Assembly: GCA_024231695.1 (NCBI GenBank)
Contig: JAAEQF010000083.1
Location: forward strand, 588 to 64,587
Reading direction: 5' to 3'
Length of the DNA stretch: 64,000 nucleotides
From: FCB group bacterium
Lineage (GTDB): Bacteria; Zixibacteria; MSB-5A5; GN15; JAAZOE01
In this document: in pieces, positions 18,557 to 28,319 of the stretch
Layout: every line of letters begins with the position of its first letter
Position numbering within the stretch: the first letter of the stretch is position 1
Notes under the pieces: generated by a model
What the model saw: the letters and a program-made list of their open reading frames with translations, nothing else
What the model was told of the DNA's origin: nothing
Databases searched by the model: none
Position numbers and translations under genes: made by a program

Positions 18557-20899
18557 TTATGTTTTGCCGATTTTTCCGTTTTTAATATCATCAAGAAAAG
18601 ACTTGTCCACCAGCACATCGCGCGCTTTTGATTCATTGTATTGGCCGATAATTTTCATATCTTCCAGATCATCAATCAATCGCGCGGCCCGCTGATAACC
18701 GATACCCAATTTTCGCTGGAGAAGCGATACCGAAGCCTGCCCTTGCCTGACCACGGTTTCGACTGCCTCCAGAAGTACCGGGTCGTTGAATTGGCGCATC
18801 TGGGCTTTCTCCTCGGCCACCACTATTGACTCCTCTTCCCGTTCCTTACTGAACGTCTGTTCGGTCATAAAGGCCACCAACCGTTCAGTATCTTCGGAAG
18901 AGACATAGGCACCGTGAAGCCGTACCGCTTCGGGTGAGCCTGATTCAAGATAGAGTAAATCGCCGTTGCCCAAAAGCCGTTCGGCTCCATTACCGTCGAG
19001 AATCGTTCGCGAATCGGTTTTGGTAGCTACCTGAAACGCCACCCGGGATGGGAAATTGGCCTTGATCAATCCGGTTATGACATCAACCGACGGCCGCTGA
19101 GTAGCCAGGATCAGATGAATGCCAACCGCCCTGGCCATCTGAGCCAGACGGGTAATCAATAGTTCTACCCGGCTGGAATGAGTGGACATCATCAGATCGG
19201 CCAACTCATCAATTATGATAACAATATAGGGCAGCATATCGTTTTCTGATTCTTGCTTGTTGTTGTAGTCGACTATACTGCGCACCGCCGCCGCGGCCAA
19301 AAGCCGATAGCGTTTTTCCATTTCAGTAACGGCATCAGCCAATACTCGTTCAGCCTGCTTGGGGTGCGTGACCACCTTTTCGTCAAGATAAGGAATACCC
19401 TTGTATATTGAAAGTTCCAGCATTTTGGGATCAATGAAAATAAACCGCAGCCGATTGGGATGCAGAGCATACATCAGCGAAGTAATCATTATATTAATGC
19501 CGACCGATTTTCCCGACCCGGTCGTACCGGCAATCAACAAATGGGGCATATCAGCCAGATCGGTGACGAACGGTTTACCAGCAATATCTTTGCCTAAAAT
19601 TAGCGGCAATTGATATTTGTTCTGTTGAAAAGCATTGGAAGTGATTAACTCCCGCAAATGAACTATTTCCGGATGACGATTTGGAATTTCAATCCCAACC
19701 GCAGCCTTACCCGGAATCGGAGCAACAATCCGAATACTCTTGGCCCGCAGGTTTAAGGCCAAATCTTCGGACAAATTAGCAATCTGATTGACTTTAATCC
19801 CGGCCGCCGGTTTTATTTCAAAACGGGTTATAACCGGGCCCGGAAACATTTCAATATTACCACTGAGCTTTACGCCAAAAGTCTCTAATGTATCCCGTAG
19901 CGATCCGGCTGTATCAGCCAATTCCTTTTCATCATAAACCGGCGCAGTCGGGCCGTGATCGGTTAAAAGGTCAACCGTCGGTGGCACGAACTCTCTTGCG
20001 AGGGTTCCGTCTTCTTCACCTTTCGCTCCTGAGGTCTCGGCCGTTCGGGACATGACCACTTTTCGTTTGGAGCCGGTATCAATTTTAGCTTTGGAGTTGG
20101 CCGGCGGCGTCATGATTCTATCAGGTGCCGGTTTGGCCGGTGTCGAGGCAGCGGCATCGGTGAAGTCGGCGCCTTTTTTGCGCGTTTTTCTTTCGGCCTT
20201 CTTCAGTTCTTTTTTAAATTGTGGTTTTCTGAGAACTGCCCGGTTTTTAAGATTCAATCGACCGAATACGGTCTGCAACTGCGGGCGAACCTGCTCGTAA
20301 AGTCTTTTCAATATATCCAGAAGCGCGTTTCCGGTAACTGAGGCGCTGTTGCGAAAACGATGTGAAATTGAGGCGTAATAAAATAGTGTACAGGTTATTG
20401 TCGCCAGCAATAATATGTAAGCGCCAGGGACGCCGATAAGCTTCAGGATCAGTTCGATGGCTACATGCCCCAGGGAGCCGACGCCGTCGGGGACATTGAC
20501 TATTTCCAACCTCCCCCCGGCAACTTTGGAAATATCCAGAATAAACAGCAGCTGAAAAACCAAAACCCAGGCCATTAGCGCATGCTTGAAAAGGCGGCGG
20601 CCAAAACTAAAGCCAATTGTCAACAGGGCCACAACGGCCAAAAACGGCGCCATCAAAAACGCCGACCAGCCCAGGAAAAACAGCGTTACATAACTCAGAT
20701 AAGCGCCCATCATTCCACCCGGATTAACATAACCGAGTCGGAAGGGGTTGCCGAAGACAGCTTCATCCGAAGTTATTTGTACATCGTCGATGGCTGCATG
20801 CCCTACCAGACTGATAAAGTACATCAGGGCAAACGCCAGAAGCAGGACGCCGATAATCTGTATTTTTCGTTTCTGATTCATACCGTCATATACCGCCAA
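18557..20899 (-). CDS. ftsK: DNA translocase FtsK
   Basis: N-terminal TM region, PHLLIAGTTGSGKS, IDELADL, ATQRPS, gamma domain SLLQRKLGIGY.RAARL. Confidence 0.97.
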   Translation of the reverse strand: MAVYDGMNQKRKIQIIGVLLLAFALMYFISLVGHAAIDDVQITSDEAVFGNPFRLGYVNPGGMMGAYLSYVTLFFLGWSAFLMAPFLAVVALLTIGFSFGRRLFKHALMAWVLVFQLLFILDISKVAGGRLEIVNVPDGVGSLGHVAIELILKLIGVPGAYILLLATITCTLFYYASISHRFRNSASVTGNALLDILKRLYEQVRPQLQTVFGRLNLKNRAVLRKPQFKKELKKAERKTRKKGADFTDAAASTPAKPAPDRIMTPPANSKAKIDTGSKRKVVMSRTAETSGAKGEEDGTLAREFVPPTVDLLTDHGPTAPVYDEKELADTAGSLRDTLETFGVKLSGNIEMFPGPVITRFEIKPAAGIKVNQIANLSEDLALNLRAKSIRIVAPIPGKAAVGIEIPNRHPEIVHLRELITSNAFQQNKYQLPLILGKDIAGKPFVTDLADMPHLLIAGTTGSGKSVGINIMITSLMYALHPNRLRFIFIDPKMLELSIYKGIPYLDEKVVTHPKQAERVLADAVTEMEKRYRLLAAAAVRSIVDYNNKQESENDMLPYIVIIIDELADLMMSTHSSRVELLITRLAQMARAVGIHLILATQRPSVDVITGLIKANFPSRVAFQVATKTDSRTILDGNGAERLLGNGDLLYLESGSPEAVRLHGAYVSSEDTERLVAFMTEQTFSKEREEESIVVAEEKAQMRQFNDPVLLEAVETVVRQGQASVSLLQRKLGIGYQRAARLIDDLEDMKIIGQYNESKARDVLVDKSFLDDIKNGKIGKT

Positions 20900-20934
20900 T
20901 TTAAAAATACTGGGCCATTGGCTTGCCGGTCAAC

Positions 20935-20965
20935 AAAAAAAGGCAGGACGATCTTCGCCCTGCCC
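20935..20965 (-). terminator. Intrinsic terminator after the HU gene
   Basis: Minus strand GGGCAGGGCG-AAGAT-CGTCCTGCCT followed by a T tract. Confidence 0.75.
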
Positions 20966-20986
20966 ATTAATCACACATAAATCTAA

Positions 20987-21262
20987 TTAGCGTTTGACTG
21001 CGTCGCGCAGCGATTTTCCGGCTTTGAATTTGGGTACGCGAGCCGCGGGAATCTTGAGAGCTTCGCCGGTCTGAGGGTTGCGACCGGTGCGGGCTTTTCT
21101 CTTGGTTGTCGAGAAAGTGCCAAAGCCGACAAAGCTGACTTTCTGCCCCTTTTTCAGTGCGGTTGTAACCGATCCGATAAACGTCTTGACGGCGTCATTG
21201 GCCTGCCGCTTACTGAGGTTACAATCCTTGGCGATCTTGGTTACCAATTGTTCCTTGGTCAT
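20987..21262 (-). CDS. hup: HU family DNA-binding protein
   Basis: GFGTF, RKARTGRNPQTG, PKFKAGKSL; RBS GGAGG. Confidence 0.97.
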   Translation of the reverse strand: MTKEQLVTKIAKDCNLSKRQANDAVKTFIGSVTTALKKGQKVSFVGFGTFSTTKRKARTGRNPQTGEALKIPAARVPKFKAGKSLRDAVKR

Positions 21263-21452
21263 GATCGTTCCTCCATGAGAATAATGTTGTGTAACCTTTG
21301 TCTGTCGTAAAAATTTAGGCCGTTTTTAAAACCTTTGTCAACTTAAAAACTACCTCAAAACACCAAAATAATGCATAAAATAGGGCTTTTTCGAGGTATC
21401 TATCCCGTAAACACCCTATTTTAGCCATTTTATGGAGAGGGTGGCGTGTAGA

Positions 21453-24400
21453 TCAGCGATTAAAAAGGGCTCCCCGCAATCCCGATTCAGATTTTTCCAG
21501 CTTAATATCGGGGATAGCCACGACGCTCAATTTGAAATAAAATCCCTGCCGGGACCCGTCCGGTATCCAATAAAAGTGTCCTTCCCAGCAATGAAGTTTA
21601 CGCATGATATCGATTACTTTTTCCGTGGAGCGATGGTGTATAAAATCATAGTTTTGCTGATACTTGATCTTCCAGTTGTCGGTCAGATCGACATTAAAAG
21701 TAATTTTAGCCCAATGAGTCCGCTGGACGCTCCCGGTCAAAAGTCCGGACTCGCTGTACCGATGGGATACATTCAGATTCCAGTTGGTGGAGGAAGAAGA
21801 CGATTGTGGTTTGGTGATATCGTGATTGAGCGGCGATTCAGTATCGGCTTCAAGGCTGTCGGCCTCGGTATCACCACTTAGTCCCTGACGAACATAATCA
21901 TCGGCCACGGACCCTCTCAATTGGAATGATGAAGCAACTGAAAACGATTCCATCCGTGGCGACAATAACTGCAGTTGATCTTCATCGTCATAGAGGTCAT
22001 GGCGCATGTTGCCGCTGAGGTTAATTTTGCTCAAAGAGGTGGACATAGTCGTGGTCAAATCGGAAAACTTCCGCCCCGTTGCTTCAAAATTGTATCCCGT
22101 CGAGGAATTCAGGTTAAGCAAGTCGATTTTCTTGTCCTCTTCTCCCCGCTTGACCCTGGCCTGAAATAACTGCGACAGACCAAACGACATTGATCTTCGC
22201 TTGTTTCCGCTGCCGCCACCCATGCCGACATAAATCTTGACCGGATCGTTCTTGGTAATCGCCGGGGTCATGCTGAAGCCGACGGTCGGAGTCAAAACAT
22301 GCCGCAAGGCCATCAGTCCGAAAAGATTGATCGGGAATGTTCCATACAATTTGGTATTGAGGCCGATACTGCCCGTAACCGACCCGCGGCGGTAAAAATC
22401 TTCAGGAACGCCGGCTGCCTGAGATTGATCGGTTTCTCTGACGGCATACCAGGTCTCGGTGAACGATACCCGTGGGCTGATGCTGAAATACTGCAAAATC
22501 TTTTGCGAAGCCGTCAGCGACATGGAATGATCGAGATAGGCATATTCCTTTAATGTCGCTGCCGTATCACCCAGATTCTTTCGATCAAAATAAACCGAAA
22601 AGCTGTTCCGATAACTGACATAAATTTGATTATACCATTTTTTGATCGTTTTCCCATCAACCTCCCGCCCACTCCCAAATGGTTGAAATGACTTCACGGA
22701 AAAACGGCCCGAAGGCAACTTACTATTTTTTGAATCGGTGTCGAGATTATTGGTATGATTGAACGATAAAGCCAGAGACGATCTCCCAAATTTTTTACTA
22801 AAGTTCGCTTTGGAGATAATATTCCGGTTTAATCGCTCATCCTGATCGGTCGAGTATTCGGTATAATAATCCTTACTGGAAACATAGGTCCCATTGGCGG
22901 AAAATTTGATATCATATGGCAAGGTTTGACTATGATTGCCACTCAAAGTCCATTTGTCGCTTTTAGATTCCTGGTTGTATGATTCCTGCCGATTGCGAGC
23001 AAAGGTCCCCCGCACACTGCCTGTATAGCCATACCGCTTGTTATATCGAAACTGCCCGCTGAGATTCCAGCCGCTGTTTTCGAAGTAATCCAGAGCTGCC
23101 TGCATATCCCAATATTCCGAAGCGGCCCAGTAATAGCCGAGATTGCCGAGATAGCGGTTCCCCTGTTCGAAATTCCCCAGTTTGATCGGCAGGATTCCGG
23201 AATGCCGACCTCGTTTGAGGGGAAAAACATAATATGGGATATACATGACCGGCAGAGTTTCAATATATAAAATCACCGGTCGGGCCACGGCCTTTTCATT
23301 ATGAATTAGTTTCATCCGCTGCGATTGAAAATGGAAATGAGGTTCGTCTAAGTTGCAGGAACTGAGTGTTCCGTCATCGACATAAAATATCTTTTCCTCT
23401 TCCTTATAGATATCCTCACCGGTATAATAAGCTCGTTCGTATTGGGTGGTGGCATCCTCAACCAATCCTCGCTTGGTATCAACATTGAAAACCAGCCGCG
23501 ATCCAAAAATTTCCTCCGATCCGTCCTTGAGCGATAATGGTCGAATCACCGTACTGTCGCCGATTGAATCGGCCCGGGCCTGAGCCAGCACTACCCGCTG
23601 CCGGATATTATAATCAATGGTGTCGGCGTGCAGGATCACAGCCTCCTGCCGAACGACTGAATTGCCGGAGATGCGAATGACCCGGTTAGCAACGAAAAAC
23701 TCGAGATATTCGCCTTGATAGTGAATGGAATCCTCAGGCACAGTCGACGGCAATGAATCGTTTACCATTGTCGAATCAATCCCGGCCATCAAAGTATCAT
23801 CTACAACCATAATTGAATCAGGAACAGAAGCGAAGTCGGTTGTATCGGCCAATGAAAGGGAATCGCCCGGCAAAGGTTCGGGACTTGTCTTCTCGGTTAT
23901 ATAAACGCCCTCAGCCCCTCCTTTAATTTCGATCTTATTCGATTTGCGATTCTTGACATAGATAAAGATTGAGTCACCGGAAACAATATTCTTGCCAGCG
24001 CCGGTCGTATCGTCCGCCGCAGGATAATACTCGGAGCGAGCCGCGCCATTGGCTTCGATCTTGCGGATTTCATCATCAACGAAAATGAAACTGATATCCT
24101 TGCCGATCAGATGCGATTCGCCTGAAAACTCGCTGGAAGAGCTGTCCGACTCTTCATGAAAAAAGGCCTGGGCATCTTCGAAAACATCGATCCGGTCAAT
24201 ATCGCCTTCGGAAAAGAGAATTTCCATCTCTTGTCCCGTAATCTCTGATTCACCCTGTTCGGCCAGAGGATTACCGATTAGGGTCAAACGGTTCTCATCC
24301 ATAAAAAACTCGGCACAGCGGCATTTAGCCCGCGTATCGCGATGTTCTATTATGACACTGTCCTCGGCTTCACCGTACTTTAACTCCGAGAAAAAAGTCA

Positions 24401-24890
24401 GGTAATCACCATTGATAGTCAACAGATCGGCCGTGTCCGGGTAATTGAGGAATAATATCGGTTCACCTTCAAGATACAGAATTTCATCCGCCTGATCGAA
24501 CTCGGCCTTCTGAGATTCGGTGCGGATCGAATCGAGCCGGTTGACCATTATTACATTACCCTCAGCCAGAAAAAGTGAATCGCGCTGAAAGAACGATACT
24601 TTATCAGCCTCGATATGACGTGAGGAATCATATACTTCCACCTGATCAAAAAACTCGATCAGATCGCGGTGAACATACCAGATAACTGAATCGCAGATGA
24701 TATGAGTAGAATCGATACGAATGTGAACATTGCCGTATCCATACCATATTTCGGTTGAATCGCTGCGGATGGTGCGCATGCTGTCGAAATTATCAAACAC
24801 CACCGACCTTTTCCCTTCGGCCGATAGAGCCTGACTGCCGCCAGCCAACCCGGCGATCAATACGATAATTAAGAATACCCGCCAATGCAT
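21453..24890 (-). CDS. lptD: LPS-assembly protein LptD with an extended OstA-like N-terminal region
   Basis: Signal peptide, repeated beta-jellyroll segments, SSC..PHFHF, K.RHSG-like motif, C-terminal LHCW and PDIKLEK as in FCB-type LptD. Confidence 0.85.
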   Translation of the reverse strand: MHWRVFLIIVLIAGLAGGSQALSAEGKRSVVFDNFDSMRTIRSDSTEIWYGYGNVHIRIDSTHIICDSVIWYVHRDLIEFFDQVEVYDSSRHIEADKVSFFQRDSLFLAEGNVIMVNRLDSIRTESQKAEFDQADEILYLEGEPILFLNYPDTADLLTINGDYLTFFSELKYGEAEDSVIIEHRDTRAKCRCAEFFMDENRLTLIGNPLAEQGESEITGQEMEILFSEGDIDRIDVFEDAQAFFHEESDSSSSEFSGESHLIGKDISFIFVDDEIRKIEANGAARSEYYPAADDTTGAGKNIVSGDSIFIYVKNRKSNKIEIKGGAEGVYITEKTSPEPLPGDSLSLADTTDFASVPDSIMVVDDTLMAGIDSTMVNDSLPSTVPEDSIHYQGEYLEFFVANRVIRISGNSVVRQEAVILHADTIDYNIRQRVVLAQARADSIGDSTVIRPLSLKDGSEEIFGSRLVFNVDTKRGLVEDATTQYERAYYTGEDIYKEEEKIFYVDDGTLSSCNLDEPHFHFQSQRMKLIHNEKAVARPVILYIETLPVMYIPYYVFPLKRGRHSGILPIKLGNFEQGNRYLGNLGYYWAASEYWDMQAALDYFENSGWNLSGQFRYNKRYGYTGSVRGTFARNRQESYNQESKSDKWTLSGNHSQTLPYDIKFSANGTYVSSKDYYTEYSTDQDERLNRNIISKANFSKKFGRSSLALSFNHTNNLDTDSKNSKLPSGRFSVKSFQPFGSGREVDGKTIKKWYNQIYVSYRNSFSVYFDRKNLGDTAATLKEYAYLDHSMSLTASQKILQYFSISPRVSFTETWYAVRETDQSQAAGVPEDFYRRGSVTGSIGLNTKLYGTFPINLFGLMALRHVLTPTVGFSMTPAITKNDPVKIYVGMGGGSGNKRRSMSFGLSQLFQARVKRGEEDKKIDLLNLNSSTGYNFEATGRKFSDLTTTMSTSLSKINLSGNMRHDLYDDEDQLQLLSPRMESFSVASSFQLRGSVADDYVRQGLSGDTEADSLEADTESPLNHDITKPQSSSSSTNWNLNVSHRYSESGLLTGSVQRTHWAKITFNVDLTDNWKIKYQQNYDFIHHRSTEKVIDIMRKLHCWEGHFYWIPDGSRQGFYFKLSVVAIPDIKLEKSESGLRGALFNR

Positions 24891-24896
24891 AATCTA

Positions 24897-26105
24897 TTAT
24901 TTCAAAACTGCCGACGGATCGGCAAGTAAAATTTTGATATCCTCTGGTTTGAATCCTCCACCCTGAGCAATTTGAGTCGATCCGCCTCCTCGGCCATTAA
25001 ATAATTTTGCGGATTTCTTGATGATTTCGGAAGCTGATAACTTGATGTCGGGTGAAACGGCGACCAGCAGTTTATCGTCACAGCCGATCAGAACGATCAA
25101 TTCATGGGCGCTAATCAACGCCAGCGCCGTCTGTTTGACATCCTTGAAATCATCGCCGGACATATCAAGAGTCACGATTTTTCGGCCTTCCCAGGTAGCC
25201 GCCTCGTTATACCACTTTTCCATCAGGGACGGCAACATTTCCTTTTTCAACTCGGTGACTTTTCTGCGTAAACGATTGCGGTCTTCTATCAAAGCCTCGA
25301 CCGCGGAAAGAGATTCTTTTCCGTGTCGGGTGAACGTATTTGATATTGCTTCAATCTGATCAAGTCGCCAGCGATAATCTTCCAAAGCCAACAGGCCGGT
25401 CAAAAAATGAATCCGCAAGAGCCCCCGGATTTTCTCAGTTCTGCTGATTTTAATTATTCCCACTCCGCCGCTGGCTGAACAATGAGTACCACCGCAGGTC
25501 GACCAATCGAAATCCTCGATAGTAATAATTCGAAACTCTCCATCGCGCCGTTCCGGCATTTTACGCAAAGGTAAATCCTGTAATTCATCGAATAATAAAA
25601 AAGAAATCGACACCGGTCGGTTCTTGAAAATAACAAGATTTGCCAGATCTTCAACTCGCTGGATATCATTGTCGTTGATTTCATCACCCTTAATGTCGAT
25701 TGTGCTGTCCTCTTCGCCTAAACGGGCGCTGATTGTCGCCGCGCCGCAGACGTCAACCAGAGCGGCCGAAAGAATATGCTGACCGGTATGTTTCTGCATA
25801 TTATCCCGCCGGCGCTTTTCATCTATGATACAGGACACTTTTTCACCTATGGCAAAATCAGGCTCTTCGTTTAGGATATGAATTATTTCGCCGTTATCCT
25901 CGGCAACTTCATGGACCACGTATCTACCCATTCGACCGGTATCATAAAGCTGTCCACCGGAAGTGGGATAAAAAGCGCTACGGTCAAGCCAAACCCTGAA
26001 TCCTTCATCGCCCTTTTCCACGGCGGTCACGGCGGCATCGAATTCAAGTTGATAGCTGTCCTGATAATACAATCGTTCAGTCATTTCATTCCTCATACAC
26101 GCCAC
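24897..26105 (-). CDS. Alanyl-tRNA editing protein (AlaX-L type, with DHHA1 domain)
   Basis: FYPTSGGQ..D.G, HTGQH, CGGTH zinc motifs, C-terminal GRGGG..AQGG. Confidence 0.9.
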   Translation of the reverse strand: MACMRNEMTERLYYQDSYQLEFDAAVTAVEKGDEGFRVWLDRSAFYPTSGGQLYDTGRMGRYVVHEVAEDNGEIIHILNEEPDFAIGEKVSCIIDEKRRRDNMQKHTGQHILSAALVDVCGAATISARLGEEDSTIDIKGDEINDNDIQRVEDLANLVIFKNRPVSISFLLFDELQDLPLRKMPERRDGEFRIITIEDFDWSTCGGTHCSASGGVGIIKISRTEKIRGLLRIHFLTGLLALEDYRWRLDQIEAISNTFTRHGKESLSAVEALIEDRNRLRRKVTELKKEMLPSLMEKWYNEAATWEGRKIVTLDMSGDDFKDVKQTALALISAHELIVLIGCDDKLLVAVSPDIKLSASEIIKKSAKLFNGRGGGSTQIAQGGGFKPEDIKILLADPSAVLK

Positions 26106-26117
26106 GGATTCCGAGGT

Positions 26118-26879
26118 TCAAACTATCGTATTAAAAAGCGAACCTATGTTCTCTACGCGCACTTCAACTCGGTCCCCTTTTTGCATTGGATCTATCCCCT
26201 GAGGCGTACCAGTGGAGATGATATCGCCTGACTCCAGGGTCATCACCGAGGAAATATAATTGATCAAAAACGGGATCGAAAAAATAAGATCGGAAGTTCG
26301 ACCATACTGTTTGCGTTCGCCATTCAGATAGGCCTCGACCGAAAGATCGGAGGCATCTATACCAGCCACAACGTGGGGGCCTACCGGACAGAACGTATCG
26401 AACCCCTTGCCCCGCGTCCATTGGCCATCAGCCTTTTGTACCTTGCGGGCGGTAACATCATTGAGACAGGTATAGCCGAATATATATTGATCCGCCTCGG
26501 ATTCTGGAATTTTAACACCTCGCCGCCCGATCACTACCGCCAGTTCGGCCTCATAGTCAACCCGGTCGATTCCCTCGGGATAGACAACGCCACCTTCAGG
26601 TTCAAGAACGGAAGTCGGCGGTTTGAAAAACAGCACCGGGTTTTTAGGAGCCTCCTTTGCCGATTGGGACTCTTTGACATGTGCATGATAATTGAGACCC
26701 ACACAGATTATTTTCGACGGCTTTACCGGAGCCAACAACTTGACTTCGCTTAAAGGCACCATCTTTCCCGTTGGTCGAATCGAATCCCAGTAAGGACCAT
26801 CAAGAATTTCAATAAGATCATCATCCAAGCGCCCATATAAGGCGATTCCGGATATTTCAAAGCGTACGTATTTTTCCAT
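26118..26879 (-). CDS. Fumarylacetoacetate hydrolase family protein
   Basis: CVGLNY, DYEAEL, NDVTAR, GKGFDTF.P.GP, STGTP. Confidence 0.93.
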   Translation of the reverse strand: MEKYVRFEISGIALYGRLDDDLIEILDGPYWDSIRPTGKMVPLSEVKLLAPVKPSKIICVGLNYHAHVKESQSAKEAPKNPVLFFKPPTSVLEPEGGVVYPEGIDRVDYEAELAVVIGRRGVKIPESEADQYIFGYTCLNDVTARKVQKADGQWTRGKGFDTFCPVGPHVVAGIDASDLSVEAYLNGERKQYGRTSDLIFSIPFLINYISSVMTLESGDIISTGTPQGIDPMQKGDRVEVRVENIGSLFNTIV

Positions 26880-26897
26880 GATGCTTTCCTTTCAAAT

Positions 26898-28259
26898 CTA
26901 AGCTTGTATCATTCCCGTTTTTTTCCAGCGGCCCAGACTGAACCAATAAACGACGACAATCGCCTTCAGCCAGGTGGTAATCGTCAACGTCCACCACATG
27001 CCGGAAATACCCCAGTCGAGGGTAAAGCAAAGATAATAAGCCATTGGCAGTCTGAGTATCGATCCGGGAATGGATACAGCCATCGGCGGGATCGTATCCC
27101 CGGCCCCGTTGAAGGCCCCCTCGAGAACGATCTCGGCGGCCATGAATATCTGGGACAAAGCCAGAATGCGCAAATACTCGATAGCAATGACGATAACCTG
27201 TTCATCATTGATAAAAAAGGCCGACAGCTGTCGGGGGAAAACCATAAATATTATCGAAATAACGGTCGTGAAAACAACCGTAATACCCAGCGATACCCAG
27301 GCCGATTTGGCCGCCCGTGCGGGTTTGCCTGCGCCCAGATTTTGCCCAACCACTGTCGAGGCAGCCATCGAAAAACCGAAACAGGTCAAATACGAAAGCG
27401 ACTCCATCCGGTTTCCGACCATAAGCGCCGCAATCGAAACTGTACCGAATTCGGCCACGATTCGATTAAGGAATATATATATCACCGAAAAGGTGATAGA
27501 TGCTATTGCCGGCGGATAGCCGATTTTTATAATCGTCCGGATCAGTCCGAGATCTATTTTATCCAGTAGTCTAAAATCAAGCGCAAAACCCAGTCTCCCT
27601 CGGCGCAGCATTATTATATAAACCAGCGTGCCGCAAGCAAAGGCGATGACGGTGGCGACCGAGGCTCCATCCGTTTCCCACCGAGGAAACGGTCCCCAGC
27701 CGAAAATTAACAACGGATCGAGGATAATATTTACACCCACGGCGGTTGAAGAGGCGATCAGGAACGCTTTGGCGTCGCCCAAAGCACGAAATATCCCTGA
27801 AAATGCATCGTTGATAAACAAAAACACGACGCCAATGAAAAATATCCTGAGATAACTGACGCCTAAGCGGCTGACAGTTTCGTCCGTGCGCATGAAGTCA
27901 AAAATATGCGGGACAAAGTAATATCCCAGCAGGCTGAAAGCCAGACCAACCCAAATGGAAAAACTGATCGATTGCCTGGAAATGCGGCTGACTTCGGATG
28001 TGTTACCGGCTCCGACGGCTCGAGAAATTATAGCCACCAGCCCGGTGGGAATAATGATCAGGACCGAGAACACGCACCACATGGTAAACATGCTCGACGT
28101 GACTGCGGCCATTTCCTCAGTCCCCAGTTTGCCGACCCAGAAAGCATCGGTGATCGACAGAAAGGTCTCGAAAAACATCGAAGTAACCGCCGGCCAGGCC
28201 AGCCGCCAGACAGCCCTCAGTATCGAACCTTCGGTATATTTTTGTTCGTCATTTTTCAT
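26898..28259 (-). CDS. MATE family efflux transporter
   Basis: About 12 TM segments, D.FWVGKLG, NIILDPLLIFG, GQNLGA. Start set at ATG 28259 because the ORF-track TTG lies inside a hairpin. Confidence 0.92.
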   Translation of the reverse strand: MKNDEQKYTEGSILRAVWRLAWPAVTSMFFETFLSITDAFWVGKLGTEEMAAVTSSMFTMWCVFSVLIIIPTGLVAIISRAVGAGNTSEVSRISRQSISFSIWVGLAFSLLGYYFVPHIFDFMRTDETVSRLGVSYLRIFFIGVVFLFINDAFSGIFRALGDAKAFLIASSTAVGVNIILDPLLIFGWGPFPRWETDGASVATVIAFACGTLVYIIMLRRGRLGFALDFRLLDKIDLGLIRTIIKIGYPPAIASITFSVIYIFLNRIVAEFGTVSIAALMVGNRMESLSYLTCFGFSMAASTVVGQNLGAGKPARAAKSAWVSLGITVVFTTVISIIFMVFPRQLSAFFINDEQVIVIAIEYLRILALSQIFMAAEIVLEGAFNGAGDTIPPMAVSIPGSILRLPMAYYLCFTLDWGISGMWWTLTITTWLKAIVVVYWFSLGRWKKTGMIQA

Positions 28260-28262
28260 AAC

Positions 28263-28292
28263 AAAAAGGGGAGGCAATTAATTGCCTCCCCT
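28263..28292 (-). terminator. Perfect hairpin with T tract between the M2/M3-like gene and the MATE gene
   Basis: AGGGGAGGCAAT-TA-ATTGCCTCCCCT followed by TTTTGTT on the minus strand. Confidence 0.75.
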
Positions 28293-28319
28293 GCTATATA
28301 CTATAATCTTGAGTGTGGG

